NCBI GenBank assembly: GCA_022709865.1
Contig: JAKLIA010000003.1
Location: 21,547 to 85,546, forward strand
DNA: 64,000 nt
Direction: 5' to 3'
DNA from: Patescibacteria group bacterium
Lineage (GTDB): Bacteria; Patescibacteriota; Minisyncoccia; Portnoybacterales; GWB1-42-6
A program made the position numbers and the translations under genes. The notes under the pieces were generated by a model. It was not told the origin of the DNA and made no database searches. It saw only the letters and a program-made list of their open reading frames with translations. Shown here piece by piece: positions 7,802 through 16,227 of this stretch; the first letter of the stretch is position 1, and each line of letters opens with the position of its first letter.

Positions 7802-8896
7802 ATGTTAGAGCTTATAAAAAAGAATAAAAAAACCAAGCAGCGTTCGGGACAGCTAACAACGCGAAACGGAGTCATCCAGACCCCGTTTTTTATGCCAATT
7901 GCCACTAAGGGCGCGGTCAAAAGCCTGGCGCCGGAAGATTTAAAAGCTTTGGGCGCGCAAATTATTTTGGGTAATACGTATCATTTATGGCTCCGGCCCG
8001 GAACAGAAATAATTAAAAAGGCGGGAGATTTGCATAAGTTTATGAATTGGCCAGGGCCGATTTTAACCGACTCGGGGGGATACCAAGTTTTTTCATTGGG
8101 CGAAAAAATCAAAAAAGGCTTTGTTAAATTATCGGATGAGGGTGTAGAGTTTCGCGATCCGATAGACGGCCAGAAATATTGGCTGACGCCGGAAAAGTCC
8201 GTTGAAATCCAATTGGCGTTGGGCAGCGATATTATTATGGTGCTGGATGAATGCCCGCCATATCCGGCTAGCCGCGAGCAAGTGGAGCGCGCAGTAAAAA
8301 GGACGACTGAGTGGGCGGCTCGGTGCAAAAAATATTTTGATAAAAAAGTGAGCAAGAAAAAAAATCGTCCGTTGCTTTTTGGCATTGTGCAAGGCGGCGT
8401 GCATAAAGATTTGCGCCAGCAGAGCGCACAAGAACTTTTAGCAATTGGGTTCGATGGCTATGCCATTGGCGGCGTGGCGGTGGGGGAGCCGAGGAAATAT
8501 TTAAAAACGGTGCTAGAAGCAGTGCTGCCTTTATTGCCCCAAGATAAGCCTAGGTATTTAATGGGCCTGGGCAAACCAGAAGAAATTGTGGCAGCGGTTG
8601 AAGCGGGAATAGATATGTTCGATTGCGTGATTCCTACTCGCGAAGCGCGGCATGGGAAACTATACATAAAAAACTCTGGCGCTAAAGGCTTTTATAAAAC
8701 TATAAATATTTTAAACTCTAAGTTTGCCAAAGATTTTACGCCGTTGGATAAATCTTGTGGTTGCTATTCTTGCGCTAATTTTACCCGCGCCTATCTGCAT
8801 CATTTATTTAAGGTCGGCGAACCCTTATCTTTAAGATTGGCGACAATTCATAATTTAAAGTTTTATTTGGGATTGATGGAAGGGTTGAGAAAATAA
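7802..8896 (+). CDS. tgt: Queuine tRNA-ribosyltransferase
   Basis: QTPFFMP, LTDSGGYQ, VLDECP and GGVAVGE motifs plus the C-terminal zinc site CxCxxC...H (CGCYSCANFTRAYLHH). Confidence 0.9.
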   Translation: MLELIKKNKKTKQRSGQLTTRNGVIQTPFFMPIATKGAVKSLAPEDLKALGAQIILGNTYHLWLRPGTEIIKKAGDLHKFMNWPGPILTDSGGYQVFSLGEKIKKGFVKLSDEGVEFRDPIDGQKYWLTPEKSVEIQLALGSDIIMVLDECPPYPASREQVERAVKRTTEWAARCKKYFDKKVSKKKNRPLLFGIVQGGVHKDLRQQSAQELLAIGFDGYAIGGVAVGEPRKYLKTVLEAVLPLLPQDKPRYLMGLGKPEEIVAAVEAGIDMFDCVIPTREARHGKLYIKNSGAKGFYKTINILNSKFAKDFTPLDKSCGCYSCANFTRAYLHHLFKVGEPLSLRLATIHNLKFYLGLMEGLRK

Positions 8897-8900
8897 AATT

Positions 8901-9314
8901 ATGCCATCGAGCAAGCGACAATTTGGCGATAAAGGAGAAAAAGAAGCTGAAGAGTTTTTACGCTCCAACGGCTATAAAATAATTGAGCGAAATTATCTTT
9001 GCCCCAAATGCGGCGAGATTGATATCGTGGCGGCTAAAATAGAAGGGAGGTTTTTTACTAAAACTGCGGTGTTGGTTTTTGTGGAAGTCAAAACCATCAA
9101 AGGCGATGGCACGGACCTAACAGCTGCTTTGGCAGCGCAAAATGTGCATTATTCTAAGCAGCAACGCCTAATTCGCACGGCTAAACATTATTTGCTGGAT
9201 AAAAAAATACCAGCCTCAACGCCTTGGCGGATAGATGTCGTTTTGGTAATCCTTAACGATGCCGAAAAGTTAATAAAAATTGAGCATTTAGAAAGCGCGG
9301 TGTGGGGAAGATAA
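8901..9314 (+). CDS. YraN/UPF0102 family endonuclease, 137 aa
   Basis: Size and the GEIDIVA ... VFVEVK pattern are typical of the YraN family. Confidence 0.65.
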   Translation: MPSSKRQFGDKGEKEAEEFLRSNGYKIIERNYLCPKCGEIDIVAAKIEGRFFTKTAVLVFVEVKTIKGDGTDLTAALAAQNVHYSKQQRLIRTAKHYLLDKKIPASTPWRIDVVLVILNDAEKLIKIEHLESAVWGR

Positions 9315-9316
9315 AG

Positions 9317-9350
9317 AAAAAGGCCCTTCTTAAGGAGAAGGGCCTTTATA
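9317..9350 (+). terminator. Rho-independent terminator (AGGCCCTTCTTAAGGAGAAGGGCCTTTAT)
   Basis: Perfect hairpin followed by a T-rich tract after the YraN stop. Confidence 0.6.
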
Positions 9351-9778
9351 AAAGCGCATCAAGAAAATGCATTTTTGCTCCAAAGCCTTAGAGGGCTTTG
9401 ATTTTTAATAAACGGTTTTTTGTCCGTTGTAATTGAGCAGAGGGCATTTCTGTGCGCTCGTTTTTTTGGCCTTGCGACTTGAGGTGTGGGGGCTGTTGCT
9501 GAAAGGAGGCTAGGTCCCTGAATAAAGCTGATAGCTTTGTGGAGTCTATCGGTTTTTCCTCAAGCCGCAAGATAAAAAGAACAAAATTGGAGTTGGCCCA
9601 ACGCTATTAGCGCAAAACAGTGAGTCTATCACCATGATGCCAGCGTTGCGCCAACTTTTGATTCGCGCCAACAAGGCGGGCTTATGATATCTGGCGGTTA
9701 TGCCACTAAAGGGCCCTTTTGGATAACCGACTCTCGGAGCCGCCATAACGAACGCGAATCCAATATAATTGTTCGTAT

Positions 9779-9834
9779 CCCATAGAGGCTAAGCAAGCTA
9801 CTTTTTTTAGATTTTCACTTGCCACCTCTATGGG
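9779..9834 (+). promoter_or_regulatory. Long hairpin (10-bp stem CCCATAGAGG/CCTCTATGGG, 36-nt loop) in the 5' leader of glyQS
   Basis: Perfect inverted repeat ~80 nt upstream of the glyQS ATG, inside a 600-bp noncoding region. No U-tract follows, so it is not a canonical terminator. Confidence 0.25.
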
Positions 9835-9915
9835 TAAAGCAGGACAATAGAGCCATTATATCAGCGATATTTGGCTTGTCAATAGAATTAATGAATGATA
9901 TGCTGAAGGCATAAA

Positions 9916-11253
9916 ATGGCTAAAAAAGAAAACAAAAATATGCCTAATGACTCAATGGAAAAAATAGTCGCTTTGGCTAAGCGGCGGGGTTTTGTTTTTC
10001 CGGGTTCCGAGCTCTATGGCGGGCTAGCTTCAACTTATGATTACGGCCCGATGGGTGTGGAATTGAAAAATAACATTAAGCGTTTGTGGTGGAAATATTT
10101 TGTCCAAGATAGGGACGATATGACCGGAATTGACGGCGGGATTTTGTTGCATCCCAAGATCTGGGAAGCTTCCGGGCATGTTAAAAACTTTAAGGACCCG
10201 CTAGTTGAATGCAAAAAATGCCATCATCGGTTTAGGCCCGATAAATTAAAAGATGCTAGCAAATGCCCGGACTGCGGCGGCGAGTTCACGGAAGTGAAAA
10301 TGTTCTCGGGAATGTTTAAGACCAATATTGGCGCTATAGAAAAAGAGGGAATTGAAGCTTATTTGCGGCCCGAAACCGCGCAGGCAATTTTTGCCAATTT
10401 TAAAAATGTTTTAGACTCCACCAATAAAAAGATTCCCTTTGGCATCGGGCAGATGGGCAAAGCTTTTCGCAACGAAATTACCACGGGGAACTTTATTTTC
10501 CGGACACTGGAGTTTGAGCAAATGGAAATAGAATATTTTATTGCGCCAGACAGCGATTGGCAGAAAGCTTTTGAAGCGTGGGTAGAATATATTTATGGTT
10601 TTGCCGACTTAATAGGGTTGCCGCGCCAGAACTTTTTCAACCATGAGATACCGGATGAAGAACGGGCTTTCTATTCCAAGCGCACGATCGATATTGAGTA
10701 TAACTTTCCTTTCGGGCAGGACGAGCTTTGGGCGATAGCTTATCGCACGGACTATGACCTCTCGGCCCATCAAGCGGCTTCGGGCAAAAGCCTGGAATAT
10801 TTTGACGATGAAACAAAAAAACGATTTGTGCCTCATGTCATCGAGCCGACCTTTGGCGTTGACCGGACGGTCTTGGCAATTTTGGGCCAAGCTTATGCGG
10901 AAGAAATGATGCCGGACGGGGAGCAGAGAATTGTTTTAAGATTTCATCCTCGGGTGGCTCCATACAAAGTGGCGGTTTTCCCATTGCTTAAAAATAAGCC
11001 TGAACTTATTGCCAAGGCGCGCGAAGTGTATCAAGACCTAAAAAAAGATTTTGTTTGCGTTTGGGACGAGCGGGGGAATATCGGCAAGCGCTATCGTTCG
11101 CAAGATGAAATTGGCACGCCGTTTTGCGTGACCGTGGATTTTGATTCTTTGGAGAAAGGCGATGCAACGGTGCGGGAGCGGGATTCAATGAAGCAAGAAA
11201 GAATAAAAATCAGTGAGCTGAAAGAATATTTGAAAAATAAAATAGAAAAATAA
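9916..11253 (+). CDS. glyQS: Glycine--tRNA ligase, alpha2 (class II, eukaryote/archaeal-like) type
   Basis: 445 aa with class II motifs (FRNE, GLDR) and the ECKKCHHRFR zinc-knuckle insertion typical of alpha2 GlyRS. Confidence 0.9.
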   Translation: MAKKENKNMPNDSMEKIVALAKRRGFVFPGSELYGGLASTYDYGPMGVELKNNIKRLWWKYFVQDRDDMTGIDGGILLHPKIWEASGHVKNFKDPLVECKKCHHRFRPDKLKDASKCPDCGGEFTEVKMFSGMFKTNIGAIEKEGIEAYLRPETAQAIFANFKNVLDSTNKKIPFGIGQMGKAFRNEITTGNFIFRTLEFEQMEIEYFIAPDSDWQKAFEAWVEYIYGFADLIGLPRQNFFNHEIPDEERAFYSKRTIDIEYNFPFGQDELWAIAYRTDYDLSAHQAASGKSLEYFDDETKKRFVPHVIEPTFGVDRTVLAILGQAYAEEMMPDGEQRIVLRFHPRVAPYKVAVFPLLKNKPELIAKAREVYQDLKKDFVCVWDERGNIGKRYRSQDEIGTPFCVTVDFDSLEKGDATVRERDSMKQERIKISELKEYLKNKIEK

Positions 11254-11262
11254 TTTTTATTT

Positions 11263-12207
11263 ATGAACCAAAAACAAATTCTGGAGCTGGCGATAAAAAT
11301 GGGCATAGAGGGAGACTTGAGAGGGGAGGGAGCGGTAAAAAAATATCTGGCCAGGCAAAAAAAGAAGTTTGAAAACCTACCCGCCAAGAAACAGGCGGAT
11401 TTTGATCAGGAAAAATTAGTTAACCCTTATATGGATTCTGGCATCTGGCGCGATAATGGCCAGCCGGTAAAAAAAGCTATGGCCGGCATTGATATCACCA
11501 GCGGCGACGTGATGCTTGCCAAATCTTTGGGCATCGACACAATTATAAACCATCATCCTTTGGGCAAGGGGCTGGCGATGTTGGACGAAGTAATGCATTT
11601 GCAAGCAGAAGTTCTATCTCTGTATGGCGTGCCAATAAATATTGCCGAGTCATTATTGCGGGTGAGAATATCGGAAGTGGGGCGGGGCGTGCACGCTTCT
11701 AATTCTTATAAAACTATCGACGCGGCTAAGTTAGCCGGGATTAATTTAATGAATGTGCATACGCCTTGCGACAATTTGGTAGCTAGCTTTTTAAAAAAAC
11801 TGATCGATAAAAAGCAGCCCGAATACGTCGGTGAAATAATCGAGTTGATCGCCGGCATTGATGAATATAAGGAATCGGCCAGGCGTGGCTCGCCGGTGAG
11901 GCTTTTTGCCGGTTCGGAAGACCGCCATGCCGGGAAAATTGCTTTGACGGAAATTACCGGCGGCACCGAGGGTTCAAAAACCATCTATAAAGAAATGGCT
12001 AACGCCGGCATTGGCACGATCGTGGCGATGCATTTATCCGAAGAACACCGCAAGAACGCCGAAGAAGCGCACTTGAGCGTGGTGGTAGCTTCGCATATCG
12101 CTTCTGATTCTTTGGGCATGAACTTGTTCTTGGATGAATTAGAGAAAAAAGGGATCGAAATTATTCCTTACGGCGGACTGATAAGAGTTAAAAGAAAGCA
12201 GCAATAG
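11263..12207 (+). CDS. Nif3-family (YqfO/YbgI-like) dinuclear metal-centre protein
   Basis: D-x-I-INHHPL motif and a C-terminal HLS..H cluster; size fits the family. Confidence 0.5.
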   Translation: MNQKQILELAIKMGIEGDLRGEGAVKKYLARQKKKFENLPAKKQADFDQEKLVNPYMDSGIWRDNGQPVKKAMAGIDITSGDVMLAKSLGIDTIINHHPLGKGLAMLDEVMHLQAEVLSLYGVPINIAESLLRVRISEVGRGVHASNSYKTIDAAKLAGINLMNVHTPCDNLVASFLKKLIDKKQPEYVGEIIELIAGIDEYKESARRGSPVRLFAGSEDRHAGKIALTEITGGTEGSKTIYKEMANAGIGTIVAMHLSEEHRKNAEEAHLSVVVASHIASDSLGMNLFLDELEKKGIEIIPYGGLIRVKRKQQ

Positions 12208-12289
12208 TTAGATCTTTAAAGTTTTTGGAAAATAAAAACCGCCTAGGATAACCTTGGCGGAAGCAGTTGGCCTGCTCGGTCCTGTTGCT

Positions 12290-12520
12290 TTATAGCAATT
12301 TTCCGTCGTATTCCTCGAAGTCGCGATCCATTATCTTGCCATTAGGGTAAAAGGTGGCGCCTAGTTCATCAGGAAAAACCAGCTTCATGATCAAATGGGG
12401 AGTTCCGTCTCCCTTGGGCACCATTTCTTTTTTGGCAAGCACATCGGTCTGATCGCCAAACTCCAGGAACCAAGATTCGGCAGATTGCTTTGTAAAGAAC
12501 CCTACTGTTTGCGTTTGCAT
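12290..12520 (-). CDS. Hypothetical 76-aa protein
   Basis: ORF only; convergent with the Nif3 gene. Confidence 0.35.
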   Translation of the reverse strand: MQTQTVGFFTKQSAESWFLEFGDQTDVLAKKEMVPKGDGTPHLIMKLVFPDELGATFYPNGKIMDRDFEEYDGKLL

Positions 12521-12659
12521 GTCTCCCTCCTTATTTCTTACAGTTATTGTTATGATCGGTTAATTATATAAAATAAGCATATTTTTATAGTTATGTCTAG
12601 AATAAATAAGAAAGTTGAATATTTAAAAAATTGACCAAGGAAAATCATATTTATATTTT

Positions 12660-13922
12660 ATGTTCAAAAAAACTATTTTATCGAACGGCTTAAGAGTGAT
12701 AACTGCACCAATGGCTGGCAGCCAATCAACCACGGTGCTGGTCTTTTTTGCCACGGGCTCAAAATATGAAACAAAAGATAATAATGGCATTTCGCATTTT
12801 TTGGAGCATATGTTTTTTAAGGGCACTAAAAAACGGCCAACCACTCTAGACTTGAGTGAATACTTGGATAGAGTGGGCGGAGAATATAACGCTTTCACGG
12901 GCCAGGAATTGACCGGTTATTATGCAAAAGTGGCGCCAGAATATATCGATATGGCGCTGGATTGGGTGAGCGATATTTTACTTAATTCCAAGTTTGATAG
13001 CGCGGAAATAGAAAAAGAGCGGGGCGTGATTACTGAAGAATATAATATGTATCTTGATAACCCGGCGCGTTTGGTGGGGGATTTGTGGGAAGAGCTGCTT
13101 TATGGCGACCAGCCGGCCGGCTGGAAAATTATTGGCACTAAAGCTAATATCGCCAAATTGCCGCGCGAGCAATTTATAAAATATTTTGACGCGCATTATC
13201 AAACCAAGAATGCGGTGGTTTGTGTGGCAGGGAAAGTCAGCAAAGATATTATTAAAAAAATCGAGAAGTCCTTTAGCCGTTTGAAGAAAGGTGAAGGGAA
13301 AGATAAATTAGCTGTTAAAGAATCGCAAGAAAAACCGGAGGCGCTTATCTATTATAAAGCGACCGACCAAACTCATTTGTGCTTGGGTGCGCGCGCTTAT
13401 GATATGTCCCATAAAGACCGCTACACCTTGATGGTTTTATCGGCCATCCTGGGCGGCATGATGAGTTCTCGGCTTTTTATTTCTGTGCGCGAACAAAAAG
13501 GCTTGGCTTATTATGTTCGTTCCAGCACCGAAAGTTTTACTGACACGGGATTTTTTGTGACCCAAGCCGGCGTGGCCAATGACAAGGCGGAGGAAGCCAT
13601 AAAAGCGATCTTGATTGAATATAAAAAAGTTTGCGATGCCAAAATTGGCGCGGCGGAAATTAATAAAGCCAAAGACTGGCTGCGGGGGAGCTTAAGGCTG
13701 GGGCTGGAAACTTCTGATGAGCTAGCTTCCTGGATCGGCACGCAAGAAATCTTGAAGAAAGAAGTTTTGACACCAGAGCAGATTTTTAGCAAAATAAAAG
13801 CAGTTAGCGCGCAAGACTTGCAGCGGGTAGCCCAAGATATTTTCCAGCCGCAAAAGCTTAACTTGGCGCTGATCGGACCGTTCAAAGAAAAAAATAAGTT
13901 CGAGCCATTGCTTAAATTATGA
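12660..13922 (+). CDS. M16 family zinc peptidase (insulinase-like)
   Basis: Inverted zincin motif HFLEHMFFKGT near the N-terminus. Confidence 0.8.
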   Translation: MFKKTILSNGLRVITAPMAGSQSTTVLVFFATGSKYETKDNNGISHFLEHMFFKGTKKRPTTLDLSEYLDRVGGEYNAFTGQELTGYYAKVAPEYIDMALDWVSDILLNSKFDSAEIEKERGVITEEYNMYLDNPARLVGDLWEELLYGDQPAGWKIIGTKANIAKLPREQFIKYFDAHYQTKNAVVCVAGKVSKDIIKKIEKSFSRLKKGEGKDKLAVKESQEKPEALIYYKATDQTHLCLGARAYDMSHKDRYTLMVLSAILGGMMSSRLFISVREQKGLAYYVRSSTESFTDTGFFVTQAGVANDKAEEAIKAILIEYKKVCDAKIGAAEINKAKDWLRGSLRLGLETSDELASWIGTQEILKKEVLTPEQIFSKIKAVSAQDLQRVAQDIFQPQKLNLALIGPFKEKNKFEPLLKL

Positions 13923-14929
13923 CCCAAAAAATAGAGATCTCCACTTCCACTATTTTCCGTTTTATCCTAATAGTTTTAGGGTTGATTTTTCTTTTCTTGA
14001 TCCGCGATGTTATTTTAATAGTTTTTGTCGCTTTGATCATTTCGGCGGCTATTGACGCGCCGGTTGATTGGCTGGCTAGGCACCATATACGCCGGGCTTT
14101 AGGCGCTTCAATGATCTATGTGCTTATATTTGTTCTATTGCTCTCTTTTGTTTATTGGGCTTTTCCTATTTTAGCCGGCCAGCTTCAGTCTTTAGCCTCT
14201 ATGTCTCCGGAGTATTTAAATAGGATCGTGGCGGATATTTCCATTTTTCACCAAAAGCTGGGCGCCGATTATGCCCAAAAACTTTTAGGAAACTTAAGCA
14301 CACTGCTTAGCGGCGCAACGGAAGATATTTTTGGCACAGCGGCTAATATCTTTGGCGGATTCTTTTCTTCCATTGTTATCGTGGTGATATCTTTTTATCT
14401 GGTGGTGCAAGATAAAGGCATTAAGCTTTTTTTATCCAGCGTTACTCCAGCTGAGCATCGGGCCTATGTCATCAATTTGGCTGAGCGCATCCAAACAAAG
14501 CTTGGCCGATGGTTGCGCGGGCAGCTGATAGTGATGATGGCTGTTGGCGTTCTAGTTTTTACAGGGCTTTATTTTTTGGGAGTAAAAATGGCTTTAATGG
14601 TGGCAGTTTTGGCTGGGCTGTTTGAACTCATCCCTTATATTGGGCCTTTCACGGCCGGCGCTATCGCAGTTTCATTGGCTTTCTTGCAATCGCCGATTCT
14701 GGGCATTTTAGTATTAGTGTTGTTTTTGATCATCCACCAAATAGAGGGTTATGTTCTAATTCCTCAAGTCATGAAGCGGGCGGTGGGGCTGAATCCTTTG
14801 GTGGTTATTATTTCTATGATAATCGGCGCTAAACTTTATGGCATCTTTGGCATGGCGGTGGCCGTGCCCATCGTGGCGATCGCTTCGGTCTTTTTGGGTG
14901 ATATTTTTATGAGAGAAGAAACCAGATAA
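13919..14929 (+). CDS. AI-2E family transporter (PerM/YhhT, UPF0118)
   Basis: Eight predicted TM helices with the family's typical pattern; the start ATGA overlaps the upstream stop. Confidence 0.7.
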   Translation: MTQKIEISTSTIFRFILIVLGLIFLFLIRDVILIVFVALIISAAIDAPVDWLARHHIRRALGASMIYVLIFVLLLSFVYWAFPILAGQLQSLASMSPEYLNRIVADISIFHQKLGADYAQKLLGNLSTLLSGATEDIFGTAANIFGGFFSSIVIVVISFYLVVQDKGIKLFLSSVTPAEHRAYVINLAERIQTKLGRWLRGQLIVMMAVGVLVFTGLYFLGVKMALMVAVLAGLFELIPYIGPFTAGAIAVSLAFLQSPILGILVLVLFLIIHQIEGYVLIPQVMKRAVGLNPLVVIISMIIGAKLYGIFGMAVAVPIVAIASVFLGDIFMREETR

Positions 14930-14990
14930 TAATAAAAAAGTGAAACAAAAACCCCCGCTTAAGCGGGGGTTTTTAATAATTGCCAGCCTG

Positions 14991-15485
14991 TTATTTTTGT
15001 TTTTTTATTATGCGCCGCGTTTGCCAGAGAACAAGGATTGCTGCGGCCGCAACGGCTGTTTCGGCTATAATGCGCCAAAATAAAAAATCAATTCCATCGG
15101 AAAAATGGATTTGATGATGGAAATTAATCAGTGGATCTAAAAAAGTCAGATTCCAATTAAAAAATACTTGAGCTAAAGCATGGACGAAAATAAAGCCGTC
15201 AGGGAGGATAGCAAAAAAAGCGCCGATTAGCGCCGGTTTAGCCAGGCGAGAATGTTTAAGAAGCAAGCTTATGACGCTAACGCCGACTAAAATATCAAGC
15301 AAGGCTTCAACGGTTATGGCCAGGAACTCATTTCCGGAAACGCCAACTATTTTAATTACGTATTCCCAATGGGGGATAGCATCAAGAACAAAATGGGAAA
15401 TCAGGGCAATAATAAAAATAGCCCAATAATTTTTTATTTTAGAACCAATAGCGGCACCAACGAGGAGGTGGGGAGTAAGTATCAC
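14991..15485 (-). CDS. Membrane protein, possible membrane-bound metal-dependent hydrolase (YdjM/DUF457-like)
   Basis: Polytopic protein with His/Asp motifs (HFVLDAIPH, ILPD). Confidence 0.35.
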   Translation of the reverse strand: MILTPHLLVGAAIGSKIKNYWAIFIIALISHFVLDAIPHWEYVIKIVGVSGNEFLAITVEALLDILVGVSVISLLLKHSRLAKPALIGAFFAILPDGFIFVHALAQVFFNWNLTFLDPLINFHHQIHFSDGIDFLFWRIIAETAVAAAAILVLWQTRRIIKKQK

Positions 15486-15524
15486 AAGTTTGAAACTTTA
15501 AAGGTTTTCATTTAAACTGAATCT

Positions 15525-16202
15525 ATGGGAACATTATATATTATTGCGACACCTCTTGGCAATTTGAAAGACATAACTTTTCGGGCGATTGAAGCCTTAA
15601 AGGAAGTTGATTTGGTGGCGTGCGAAGACACTCGCCAGACAGTAAAGCTTTTGAACCATTACCAAATCGCCAAACCATTAGTAAGCTATTTTCAGCATAG
15701 CAAGTTGTCAAAAATCGAATATTTAGCAGAGCAATTAGCGCAAGGAAAAAATCTAGCGCTGGTCACGGATGCCGGCACCCCTGGGATTTCCGATCCCGGC
15801 AATAAGTTAATCGAAGAATTAACGCGCTTAACAAGCGGCCAAATAAAGATCGTTCCACTTCCCGGGCCTTGTGCCGCTATTGCTGCTTTGAGCGTGTCTG
15901 GTTTTCCGACTGATAAGTTCGTGTTTATGGGTTTTCCGCCGCATAAAAAAGGGCGAAATAAATATTTTGAAGAAATTGCGCAAGCCCAGCACTCGGTGGT
16001 TTTTTATGAATCGACCCATAGGATCTTAAAGGCGCTGGAACAGCTGAAAGAGCTGTTGCCCGAGCGCCAAATTATGGTAGCGCGCGAGCTAACCAAAATG
16101 TTTGAAACGATATACCGAGGAAGCGCAGAGGAGATTTTAGGCATTTTAAATAGCGATAAAAACAACTTAAAAGGGGAGTTTGTGGTGGTGGTAAAAAAAT
16201 AG
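15525..16202 (+). CDS. rsmI: 16S rRNA (cytidine1402-2'-O)-methyltransferase
   Basis: LYIIATPLGNLKDIT and VACEDTR motifs of the tetrapyrrole-methylase-fold RsmI family. Confidence 0.85.
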   Translation: MGTLYIIATPLGNLKDITFRAIEALKEVDLVACEDTRQTVKLLNHYQIAKPLVSYFQHSKLSKIEYLAEQLAQGKNLALVTDAGTPGISDPGNKLIEELTRLTSGQIKIVPLPGPCAAIAALSVSGFPTDKFVFMGFPPHKKGRNKYFEEIAQAQHSVVFYESTHRILKALEQLKELLPERQIMVARELTKMFETIYRGSAEEILGILNSDKNNLKGEFVVVVKK

Positions 16203-16227
16203 AATCAGAAACTTAATTTTAATAAAT

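Noticed and set aside
9315-9915. T-box leader, SRP RNA, RNase P RNA or tmRNA in the long glyQS upstream region.
   Set aside because: I looked for the T-box consensus, the SRP domain IV GGAA-tetraloop helix, the RNase P P4 sequences and a tmRNA T-arm or tag ORF, and found none. This is reported only as an unexplained noncoding region.
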